From NCBI GenBank assembly GCA_044359815.1, contig JBIKLL010000043.1, positions 1 through 21,935 on the forward strand: a stretch of DNA of 21,935 nt. The letters run 5' to 3'. The stretch's first letter is position 1; each line of letters starts with the position of its first letter. Origin of the DNA: Pseudobdellovibrionaceae bacterium (lineage in GTDB: Bacteria; Bdellovibrionota; Bdellovibrionia; Bdellovibrionales; Bdellovibrionaceae). A program made the position numbers and the translations under genes. Positions 7,547-15,610 of this stretch are shown piece by piece. Under the pieces are notes generated by a model. That model was given only the letters and a program-made list of their open reading frames with translations, had not been told where the DNA came from and ran no database searches.

Positions 7547-8431
7547 CTAAAGCTTTTGGCAGCCAGTTTCGTTTTTGGCTTCAACCCAAGAGCCAAATGC
7601 TCCGGCTTTAAGATTAAAATTTTGAATCACATGAGTGACGTGATCGATTCGCATGTCCAGCTCAATGTCTGTCCCGATTTTTAAAGTGGATTCCCAATCG
7701 ACAGAGTTTCGATCAACTTTGCCTTTTATTTTTGTAGGCCAAATCTGTTGATCCTTTGAGATAGTAAAGAAATTGTACTGTTGTTGCAAAGCTGGTTTTG
7801 ATTGATTTTTCAGGTCTACAAACAAAGTGTAAAATCCATCTTTTAAATCTTCGGTAAATGGATTTGGTGATTGGTCGTGAGTTCTGTTGTCTGAAATTTC
7901 AGGCTTCATTTCAGCCAACCAAGCAGCTTTCATCGGTGCTGATTTTGAAATGTCAGACACGCCGCCTTGGTAGTATTTAACAAAAAAAGCTTTTTGCAGT
8001 TTTAATTTGGCAATCAATGCTGGATCTGTGGCTTTGCCAATCCATTCATCAAAATTTTCCACAGCTTTGGCTCGGATCACCCAAACTGTTGGAACGGCCT
8101 TGCCGCTGCTGCGATCAATGGTCATATGCATCCATTTGTATTCTTTGTTACCAAAGGGTGGTGCTGGTCTAAACTGAAAAAATTCTACCAGTTTTCCATC
8201 TTGAAATTTCAGGTGTTCTTCCATCTGCAAAGTTTTACCGAATGTAACTGTGATTGCTGCTGTGGTTTCATTGCCATTTGTAACTGTGTGAGTGATCACA
8301 TCGCCTTTTTGTGGAAACTCGACGTCGCCTGCATTGCCGTTAACGACAACCGGGCATTTAAAAAGTTCTGTAGTTGATGCGAATGCTGCAGAAGATGCAA
8401 AAATCAAAATGCTGATTAAAATTGTTTTCAT
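7547..8431 (-). CDS. Hypothetical secreted protein
   Basis: SD GGAGG, signal peptide MKTILISILIFASSAAFA, one Cys near each end of the mature chain. No family recognised. Confidence 0.85.
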   Translation of the reverse strand: MKTILISILIFASSAAFASTTELFKCPVVVNGNAGDVEFPQKGDVITHTVTNGNETTAAITVTFGKTLQMEEHLKFQDGKLVEFFQFRPAPPFGNKEYKWMHMTIDRSSGKAVPTVWVIRAKAVENFDEWIGKATDPALIAKLKLQKAFFVKYYQGGVSDISKSAPMKAAWLAEMKPEISDNRTHDQSPNPFTEDLKDGFYTLFVDLKNQSKPALQQQYNFFTISKDQQIWPTKIKGKVDRNSVDWESTLKIGTDIELDMRIDHVTHVIQNFNLKAGAFGSWVEAKNETGCQKL

Positions 8432-8712
8432 ATAACCTCCGTGCTTTTTGCGAGACTAATATGAATTACCCTTCCGAGAAACGAAAACATAACAATAAAA
8501 TTTGATTATGCGGTGCTAATCTAAAATCTGGACCCAAGAAAACCGATTTTCCTAATCTTGGGAAGGATATTTTTTTAAGCCGTCGATTACCTAATTTCAT
8601 GTAAGCAATGCATCCAGGCACCTTAGACTGCTCCTTAGATGATTGCATATTACATGTGTTCGCGTTAGCTTGGCGACATCAACAGACGAGGCATTGTTTG
8701 AGTTTGCTTAAA

Positions 8713-9039
8713 ATGGCTCCTAATCCAAAATTAAATAATTGGGCACAGAATAAAGCCATTGAAGTCCTTAAGTCCGTCCCTTCCTATGATTTGATTTCAG
8801 AAGCCTATCTTTTTGGTTCAGCCGTTGATGGGAATTTTACATATGATTCTGATTTGGATATTTTAATTGTCACAAAAGACGAGGCTTCGATATCTCAGAT
8901 TCAAAACGAGGTTTACAAATTAAATTTCACCGATATCGCCATTGACTGGATATTCAAAACCAAGGAAGCCTTTGATGAGCGTAAGAATTTTGGTGGCGTC
9001 ACTTTTGTTGCTTATCATAGTGGGATGAAACTGAAATGA
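8713..9039 (+). CDS. Minimal nucleotidyltransferase (MNT) domain protein
   Basis: YLFGS-------DSDLDILIV Pol-beta NTase motif. ATG 8713 gives the typical ~108-aa size; the ORF-track start at 8608 is probably too long. Confidence 0.85.
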   Translation: MAPNPKLNNWAQNKAIEVLKSVPSYDLISEAYLFGSAVDGNFTYDSDLDILIVTKDEASISQIQNEVYKLNFTDIAIDWIFKTKEAFDERKNFGGVTFVAYHSGMKLK

Positions 9040-9443
9040 ACCAACATCTAAAAAAGCAGCTTTTTAAAAAAGAATATGCAGCTGAGTTGCTAAATATTGC
9101 TAAGGGTGATCTGGAATCAGCAGAGGCTTTGTCAAAAGTCTCCAAGGGTAGACCAGAAAACATTGTTTTTTTGGCACAGCAGTCTGTCGAGAAATCTATA
9201 AAATCAGTTTTGATTCACCTTCAAGTGGCATTTCCACTGGTTCATGACCTTGGGATATTAATTGCCCTATTGCCTGAAGAGAAAGCTCCACAACAAGGTT
9301 TTTCGCTGACTGAGTTGAACCCCTTTGCGTCCGCTAGGCGCTATGAAGAGGGTCGTATTCCGTTAAGTTCTGAGGAAATTCAAACTTCAATTGAAGTAGC
9401 AAAAAAGATTACTGATTGGGCTACCAAAATCATCGGTAAATAA
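9036..9443 (+). CDS. HEPN domain protein, partner of MNT
   Basis: A-GDL--A, QQSVEKSIK, HDL and RY motifs of PF05168-type HEPN. ATGA overlap with the MNT gene. Confidence 0.88.
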   Translation: MNQHLKKQLFKKEYAAELLNIAKGDLESAEALSKVSKGRPENIVFLAQQSVEKSIKSVLIHLQVAFPLVHDLGILIALLPEEKAPQQGFSLTELNPFASARRYEEGRIPLSSEEIQTSIEVAKKITDWATKIIGK

Positions 9444-9493
9444 TTAGTTAAATGTGTATTTACAAAATTGATTCGTAACTAGTCCAGCACCAT

Positions 9494-9528
9494 GGCCGCG
9501 GACAAAACTACGCGGCCTTTAGTTTTTT
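9494..9528 (+). terminator. Intrinsic terminator after MNT-HEPN
   Basis: GGCCGCG-N10-CGCGGCC stem followed by TTTAGTTTTTT, between convergent genes. Confidence 0.65.
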
Positions 9529-9546
9529 GAGTCCATCGGCAATCGT

Positions 9547-9897
9547 TCACATACCCTTAAACTGAAAACCTTTTTTAGTGAAAATTTCTTTTATTTGTAC
9601 GCGTTTATCGCCCTGGATTTCAATAACACCTTCTTTACCAGCAGTGGAATAGGTGCCGCCAACCCCGCATTTGGATTTTAGCTCTTTGCAAAGATCACGC
9701 AGAAAAATTTCTTGCTTAGGCAGATTGTCGATCACAGTAACGGTTTTGCCACCACGCCCATTTTTCTCCAAACGAAAGACAGCGACAAATTTATATTTTT
9801 TTAGTGTCTCTTCGGTGGACAAAGGTTTTTCAGGTTCAGGATTTAACAGCTTTTGATCTTTAGGATCGTCTGACCAAACCAGTTTTGAATTGCTCAT
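9547..9897 (-). CDS. yciH: Translation initiation factor SUI1/YciH family
   Basis: EKNGRGGKTVTVI, LKSKCGVGGT and IEIQGD. Confidence 0.93.
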   Translation of the reverse strand: MSNSKLVWSDDPKDQKLLNPEPEKPLSTEETLKKYKFVAVFRLEKNGRGGKTVTVIDNLPKQEIFLRDLCKELKSKCGVGGTYSTAGKEGVIEIQGDKRVQIKEIFTKKGFQFKGM

Positions 9898-10769
9898 TGC
9901 AAATACTCTTCCTGCAGGTATTCGACCTTTACGCTGTGGGCGGGCGATCTGTGATGAAATTTATTTTTGACTGTTTCTAAAATCATCTCTTTTATTCTAT
10001 TTTTGTCATGGGCATGCAGTTTTATTTTTTCACCGATAGCTTCAGCAATGAAAATTGAATTTGGCCGTTCCCGAACTAAAAACCTCATGTGATTGTTGAC
10101 GGGATAATCAGACCATTCAAAAATAAACTTCCAGTGAAAATAAGCACCCAGCAACACACAGATATGAAAAATTTCGTGAGGGCCAAAAACACCTTCGATC
10201 AAAAATGGCCAGCGCAGATTTTCTGATAAAGCTCCTACTGTGTAGGCCAATCCACCCAACAATAAAAATTTAGAATTTTCTTTTCCATAAATCTGATGGA
10301 TTTTAATAAACGAAATCACACCCAGCCAACCTAGGCCTAAATAAAAACTCAAACCCAGCCATTCGGGAATATCGTAAAAATAAACTGTTTTTAAAACCAA
10401 TCCTGTGATGGCAATTGCCCACAAAGAAATTAAAAACAACCATCTCCACCGCGCACGAAACAAAATCCAATGAATTGGCGTAAAGGTGCCAGCAATCATT
10501 GTCCAAATCCCTGCGTGATCCAGTCTTTGCATCACTAGCCTGGCGGTATATTCTGTGTCGATCAGGTGAAACACCGCTGACATTGAAAACATAAAAATCA
10601 TGCAAAAGCTGTACAGGGACAGGGCAAAAATCCTGCCCCCGTTGCCATGGCCCCTGCGGATCATAAAAAATGTCCCAACCAACGCCAGGCCCAGACCAGT
10701 AAAGTGGGTCAACGAGCTTATCGGGTCAGCAAAAATCCAAAAAGGTGTGGAGTGATAGGATTCAATCAT
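9894..10769 (-). CDS. Hemolysin III / PAQR family membrane protein with C-terminal HicB-like extension
   Basis: S--TH, S--FH, RLDHAGI---IAGTFTP, GGLAYTVG and HEIFH motifs, about 7 TM helices, and an extra ~65-aa soluble tail. Confidence 0.9.
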   Translation of the reverse strand: MIESYHSTPFWIFADPISSLTHFTGLGLALVGTFFMIRRGHGNGGRIFALSLYSFCMIFMFSMSAVFHLIDTEYTARLVMQRLDHAGIWTMIAGTFTPIHWILFRARWRWLFLISLWAIAITGLVLKTVYFYDIPEWLGLSFYLGLGWLGVISFIKIHQIYGKENSKFLLLGGLAYTVGALSENLRWPFLIEGVFGPHEIFHICVLLGAYFHWKFIFEWSDYPVNNHMRFLVRERPNSIFIAEAIGEKIKLHAHDKNRIKEMILETVKNKFHHRSPAHSVKVEYLQEEYLQ

Positions 10770-10958
10770 TTGAAACTGAGTGTGCTACTGGCCAGGCAAA
10801 TAAGCATCATTTTGCGCAGGTGCTCCTCTTTATTTTTATTATTTTATGGCTTAGGATGATTAAAAGGTGCTTGTTATAGAGTGATTTATTACTCGCAGGT
10901 GCCCTTAAACACATTTTCCAAGAGATTTTATAATTTCTTGCAGAATAAAGGAGTTTTT

Positions 10959-13208
10959 ATGTCAACGACGACTCAGTCTACAGAAGTGGCAAAATCTACG
11001 GCAGCCATTTCAAACCGAACAGCCAGTGTGAACGCAGCCATCAATCCGCCCACCAGAACAGTGGTGCCGCCGGGTGGAGAATTTGGGCCAGTGTCTGAAT
11101 ATTTCGGATCACTGACATTTGGTTTAAAGCACATGCGTGAAAAACTGCCCCGTGAAGCCTATCAAAATTTAATTAAAACTTTAGAGCAGGGAAAAAAGCT
11201 TCCAAAAGAAACCGCCGAAGCCATTGCCAGTTCTGTAAAAGAATGGGCGGTCACGAAAGGCGTGACACATTTTTGTCATTGGTTTCAGCCATTGACTGGT
11301 TTGACTGCTGAAAAACATGATGCCTTTATTTCTATACAAACAAATTATCATTCTGAACTAACTGTTATCGAAAGATTCACGGGATCACAGCTGATCCAGG
11401 GCGAGCCCGATGCTTCCAGTTTTCCAAGCGGCGGAACCCGATCGACTTTTGAAGCCAGGGGATACACGACTTGGGACCCATCATCACCTTTATTTATTAT
11501 CGAAGACGAAGCCGGAAAAACTTTGTGCATTCCAACTGTGTTTTTTGGATATCATGGACAAGCCTTAGATTGTAAAACTCCGCTGTTGCGTTCAGTGGAT
11601 TCATTGAACACATCGGCCTGTGAGTTTTTGAAATTAGTTGGCGACGTGGATGTTAAACGAGTGTCAGCCACATTGGGTGCTGAACAAGAATATTTTTTGA
11701 TCGATAAAAATTTTGTAGCTCAAAGACCCGATCTGATTATGACGGGACGTACGTTGTTAGGTGCTGGATCACCCCGGGGGCAGCAGTTGGAAGACCATTA
11801 TTTTGGTGCCATTCCTTCCCGAGTGAAAAAATTTATGCAAGAGGTAGAATACGAACTGTTTAAATTAGGAATCCCGGCAAAAACCAGACACAACGAAGTC
11901 GCCCCCAGTCAGTTTGAGCTGGCTCCAATTTTTGAAGACGTGAATGTGTCTGCAGATCACAACACATTGACTATGGAAATTTTAAAGAAGATTGCGCTCA
12001 AGCATAATTTCATTTGTTTGCTGCACGAAAAGCCTTTTGCAGGAATCAACGGCAGCGGCAAACACAATAACTGGAGTATTTCTAACGACAAGGGTGAAAA
12101 TTTGCTAGAGCCAGGGACGACACCTCATCAAAATCTCAGATTTCTAGCTGTGCTGTCAGTGGTGGTAAAAGCGGTTCATGACAATGCCGCCATTATCAGG
12201 GCCTCAATCGCCAGTCCCGGTAACGATCATCGCTTGGGTGCTAATGAAGCCCCGCCTGCGATAATTTCTGTGTTTTTGGGATCAATGCTGGAAAAGATTT
12301 TTAATGATATTGAACAGGGAAAATCTTCGCAGGCAACCGAACAGGCAATCATTGATTTAGGTGTTGGCAAGATCCCTTCGATATCAAAGGATTATACTGA
12401 CCGTAACCGAACCAGCCCCTTTGCTTTCACTGGAAATAAATTTGAGTTCAGAGCTGTGGGCTCATCAGCCATTGTTTCAATACCTATGACGTTTTTAAAT
12501 GCTGCAGTTTCCGCGGCTTTTAAGGAAGCCAGTGAAAAACTGAAGTCACTAGTTAAATCTAAGGGTGGACGTGACGAAGCTGTGATGGAATTAATCAGGG
12601 CAAACATCAAAGACTCAAAAGCCGTACGGTTTGAGGGAAACGGGTATTCGCAAGAGTGGAAAGATGAAGCTGCAAAACGAAAATTACCGATTTTAAATTC
12701 AACGGCTGAAGCTTTAGAGGTTCTGACAGATAAAAAACTGACAAAGTTTTTGGTGCAAGAAAACGTCATGAGCCAAGAGGAAATTGACAGTCGATATCAC
12801 ATTGCGGTTGAAAGATACGTTAAAACTATCGACATCGAAATTGATACGCTTAAAGAAATGGTTCAAACATCCATCATACCAGCTGTTGAAAAGCAGTTGC
12901 TGATTTTGACTGGACTGACTGAAAACATCAGCTTGGCTTCGTTGAAAAAACGGCATTCAACCCGTGTTGATCAGTTAGAAAAAGTCCTTGATCAGATTTT
13001 TGTTAGATTTGATAAACTCAGTAAAGAGTACGCAGAAATGCACAACCTGAGCGATGAAACCAAAAAAATGCAGAGCCTTGCCGAAGAAGTTCAGCCTTTA
13101 GCAGTCGGTTTGCGCGAAGTTTGTGATGAAGCTGAAAAATTAGTTTCGGATGATTTATGGCCGTTGCCAAAATACCGAGAGATGTTGTTCGCAAATACAT
13201 TGAGCTAA
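10959..13208 (+). CDS. glnA: Glutamine synthetase type III
   Basis: HWFQPLTG-TAEKHDAF, GEPDASSFPSGG-RSTFEARGYT-WD, HEKPFAGINGSGKHNNWS, HRLGANEAPP and DRNRTSPFAFTGNKFEFR. ATG 10959 follows SD AAGGAG. Confidence 0.96.
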   Translation: MSTTTQSTEVAKSTAAISNRTASVNAAINPPTRTVVPPGGEFGPVSEYFGSLTFGLKHMREKLPREAYQNLIKTLEQGKKLPKETAEAIASSVKEWAVTKGVTHFCHWFQPLTGLTAEKHDAFISIQTNYHSELTVIERFTGSQLIQGEPDASSFPSGGTRSTFEARGYTTWDPSSPLFIIEDEAGKTLCIPTVFFGYHGQALDCKTPLLRSVDSLNTSACEFLKLVGDVDVKRVSATLGAEQEYFLIDKNFVAQRPDLIMTGRTLLGAGSPRGQQLEDHYFGAIPSRVKKFMQEVEYELFKLGIPAKTRHNEVAPSQFELAPIFEDVNVSADHNTLTMEILKKIALKHNFICLLHEKPFAGINGSGKHNNWSISNDKGENLLEPGTTPHQNLRFLAVLSVVVKAVHDNAAIIRASIASPGNDHRLGANEAPPAIISVFLGSMLEKIFNDIEQGKSSQATEQAIIDLGVGKIPSISKDYTDRNRTSPFAFTGNKFEFRAVGSSAIVSIPMTFLNAAVSAAFKEASEKLKSLVKSKGGRDEAVMELIRANIKDSKAVRFEGNGYSQEWKDEAAKRKLPILNSTAEALEVLTDKKLTKFLVQENVMSQEEIDSRYHIAVERYVKTIDIEIDTLKEMVQTSIIPAVEKQLLILTGLTENISLASLKKRHSTRVDQLEKVLDQIFVRFDKLSKEYAEMHNLSDETKKMQSLAEEVQPLAVGLREVCDEAEKLVSDDLWPLPKYREMLFANTLS

Positions 13209-13251
13209 AGTTCAGGTAAAAAGTTTTTGCACTGAAACTCAGTTAATTTAA

Positions 13252-13279
13252 TAGGATGGGCTCTTAGTAGCTCATCCTA
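13252..13279 (+). terminator. Hairpin after glnA; terminator or stabiliser candidate
   Basis: TAGGATGGGCT / AGCTCATCCTA 11-bp stem with one G-U pair. The U-tail is weak, and the hairpin sits just before the SD of the next gene. Confidence 0.45.
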
Positions 13280-13293
13280 ATTTCGGAGGAAAA

Positions 13294-13599
13294 ATGTCTG
13301 AACCAAAAATAAAAACCTACAAAGAATTTTGGCCTTTTTATATGAGCCAACACTCAGATCCAATGAACCGCAAAATGCACTATGTGGGAACTATCATTAC
13401 CTTTGTGTTTTTGTTTTTAGCTATTTCGCAGTCTGAACCATTGCTGTTGTTGGGAATTCCCATTGGTGGGTATGGATTTGCTTGGTTTGGCCACTTTGTT
13501 ATCGAGAAAAACAGGCCTGCGACTTTTACCTATCCTATCTGGAGTTTAGTGTCCGACTACCGCATGTTTTTTCTGTTTTTAGCAGGTAAAATCAAATAA
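13294..13599 (+). CDS. DUF962 / Mpo1-like membrane protein
   Basis: FWPFY---H----NR--H--GT and GYGFAW-GHF--EKNRPATF-YP-WSL--D. SD GGAGG. Confidence 0.92.
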   Translation: MSEPKIKTYKEFWPFYMSQHSDPMNRKMHYVGTIITFVFLFLAISQSEPLLLLGIPIGGYGFAWFGHFVIEKNRPATFTYPIWSLVSDYRMFFLFLAGKIK

Positions 13600-13744
13600 T
13601 TATCATTGATTTCTGGTGACCAAAAAGGGCCTTTGTTGAAGTATTTAACACTGACCTACACCATTAATGAGCTTTCAATCGGCAAGGGCTATCGTACGGA
13701 TTTTGCACAGTAATAGCTAATTACAGTCAGCCTTGGAGGCCCAG

Positions 13745-14230
13745 ATGACATTGAAGGCGTTGTTTGTTTTGGTATCAGTAGTTTCACTGCAAGCGGTTGC
13801 AAAAACCCCAGCAAAATCTGTGACAGTGGTTTGCAATGGCGTGAACGATGATTCCAGATATGCTTTCAATCTGAAATTTGATCGTCAGACATCACAATAC
13901 ACAGGAACCTTGGTTGATAAACAAGCTCCTACGGCAAAACAAATTTTAGTTTCTAGGGATCTGGTGTTTTCAAATTCATCTTATTGGGACGATCTGAGAA
14001 TTTTTGAATTGGTTGGATTAAAAGTTGATTATGCCCAATCAAAAGAACTTGGAAAAACCGTGATGGTGCAAGACCATTCAATCAAATTTTCAGCCATGGG
14101 AATCAGAAAATCAGTGACCCTAAATGGAGTCACCGTCGAGCTGGAACAAATCTGTGCCAAGAATCAGGAATTTTTGGACAACATTTTGAATTACCTAGAA
14201 AACCAAGCCAACCAAACACACGGCGACTAA
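13745..14230 (+). CDS. Hypothetical secreted protein
   Basis: ATG 13745 follows GGAGG. Signal peptide MTLKALFVLVSVVSLQAVA, with two Cys. Confidence 0.8.
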   Translation: MTLKALFVLVSVVSLQAVAKTPAKSVTVVCNGVNDDSRYAFNLKFDRQTSQYTGTLVDKQAPTAKQILVSRDLVFSNSSYWDDLRIFELVGLKVDYAQSKELGKTVMVQDHSIKFSAMGIRKSVTLNGVTVELEQICAKNQEFLDNILNYLENQANQTHGD

Positions 14231-14260
14231 AAGCATTTGGCTTCGGCCTGGATTAAGTGA

Positions 14261-14613
14261 CCTTTGCTGAAATTTAAATTTTGAAAATTATTTTTATGAT
14301 TTTACACCTTGTGAATACTTGCTAACGGCCGCAAGCTCATCTCTCGTATTGCATAAATACAAAGGTAATTTGTTTTTACTGTTTTTAGACACATGCAGCG
14401 AGCGTGCGGGGCATATCTGGTGTTAAATTAAATGACTCAATACGAGAGATGAGCCCGCGGCCGTTAGCGAGTGTTTAAAAATAGTAAAAAAAATTATCTT
14501 TGTATTTACGCATCACCAGATATGCGGCGGTAAATTAAACGTCGCGCTCGCAAATGTATTCACAAGGTGTAAAATCATAAAAATAATTTTCAAAATTTAA
14601 ATTTCAGCAAAGG
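14261..14613. repeat. 353-bp composite inverted-repeat element with perfect 58-bp terminal arms and crossed internal complementary segments
   Basis: 14261-14318 is the exact reverse complement of 14556-14613. Internal pairs: 14319-14351/14438-14470, 14351-14392/14471-14511, 14398-14406/14543-14551 and 14411-14422/14514-14525. Confidence 0.95.
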
Positions 14614-14719
14614 CCTCCTGAATACCCAAGGGTCAAAGGCCTAAAAGCTGGTCCTCTTCTGGATCAAGGTCGGGCCCTGTATCATTTTGTCCATTATTAA
14701 AAATTCCGAACAGTTAAGC

Positions 14720-15568
14720 ATGAAGAAGTCCAAAAAGCTGATTATTCTGCAGGACGAACGTCGCAGGGTAAAAAAACAAAAAACCAATCGTGTGGACTTG
14801 GATCCACAAACGACAGAGCACAGAGGCGTTAAAGGTTTTTACGAACTGTTGTTACGAAAATTTAAAACATTTATGTTTTTAGTCACGCTGGCTCCGGTTT
14901 ACTGTTTGGGTGGATTGTTTATAGGTGTGTCCTTAGCTCCAGGGATTTTGTTTTACAATTGGGTTGCTGAATCCGTTGTTGAAAACACAATTTACACCCA
15001 AGCATTGGCCAAGGGGTTGGCAATTGGTGTGGGATTTTTCTTTTTTGGATTCACGCTAATTTTGATAGTTCCCTTTTCAAATTTTGTTCTGCGTGCAAAG
15101 CCCAGCTTGTTCAGAGGTCCTTATTATTCTGTCGATGTTTTAAAATGGGTTGTTCATAATTCATTGACCTATTTGGTCAGGTATACTTTTTTAGAGTTTA
15201 TCACTCCCACACCATTTAATATTTTATTTTTTAAAATGATGGGTATGAAAATTGGCAAAGCCACACAGATAAACACCAGCAATATCTCAGACCCTGCACT
15301 AATCGAACTTGGAAAATACGTTACCATTGGTGGATCGGCAACCTTGTGTGCCCACTATGGACAGGGTGGTTATTTGGTTTTGGCTCCAATAAAAATCGGC
15401 GACAAAGTTACCGTAGGGTTAAGGTCTTCAATTATGGGCGGAGTCACTATCGGTGAGGGAGCAAAAATATTGCCACATTCAATCGTGCTGCCAAAAACTC
15501 AGATCCCTGCGGGTGAAACTTGGGGTGGAGTTCCTGCTCAAAAGATCATTCTAAAAAAAGCCGCCTGA
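14720..15568 (+). CDS. Membrane-anchored left-handed beta-helix (hexapeptide) acyltransferase-like protein
   Basis: Two TM segments, then GMKIG..., IELGKYVTIG, IKIGDKVTVG, GVTIGEGA and WGGVPA. Start uncertain (14687 TTG, 14720 ATG or a later GTG). Confidence 0.8.
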   Translation: MKKSKKLIILQDERRRVKKQKTNRVDLDPQTTEHRGVKGFYELLLRKFKTFMFLVTLAPVYCLGGLFIGVSLAPGILFYNWVAESVVENTIYTQALAKGLAIGVGFFFFGFTLILIVPFSNFVLRAKPSLFRGPYYSVDVLKWVVHNSLTYLVRYTFLEFITPTPFNILFFKMMGMKIGKATQINTSNISDPALIELGKYVTIGGSATLCAHYGQGGYLVLAPIKIGDKVTVGLRSSIMGGVTIGEGAKILPHSIVLPKTQIPAGETWGGVPAQKIILKKAA

Positions 15569-15610
15569 TTCAAAAGAATTTGGTAAATGAAACGTTCAGG
15601 TTTTTCGGAT

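Noticed and set aside
8608..8712. N-terminal extension of the MNT ORF, and the 8466..8648 ORF
   Set aside because: Atypical composition. MNT domains are about 100-110 aa, fitting ATG 8713, so the region is more likely a divergent promoter.
11348..13200. Several minus-strand ORFs inside glnA; similar short ORFs inside namZ, hlyIII, yciH and pstSCA
   Set aside because: Fully overlap well-conserved genes and have no motifs of their own.
14261..14613. Element as autonomous IS, retron msr-msd or CRISPR
   Set aside because: No transposase, RT or cas gene inside or nearby, no clear target-site duplication and no repeat-spacer periodicity.
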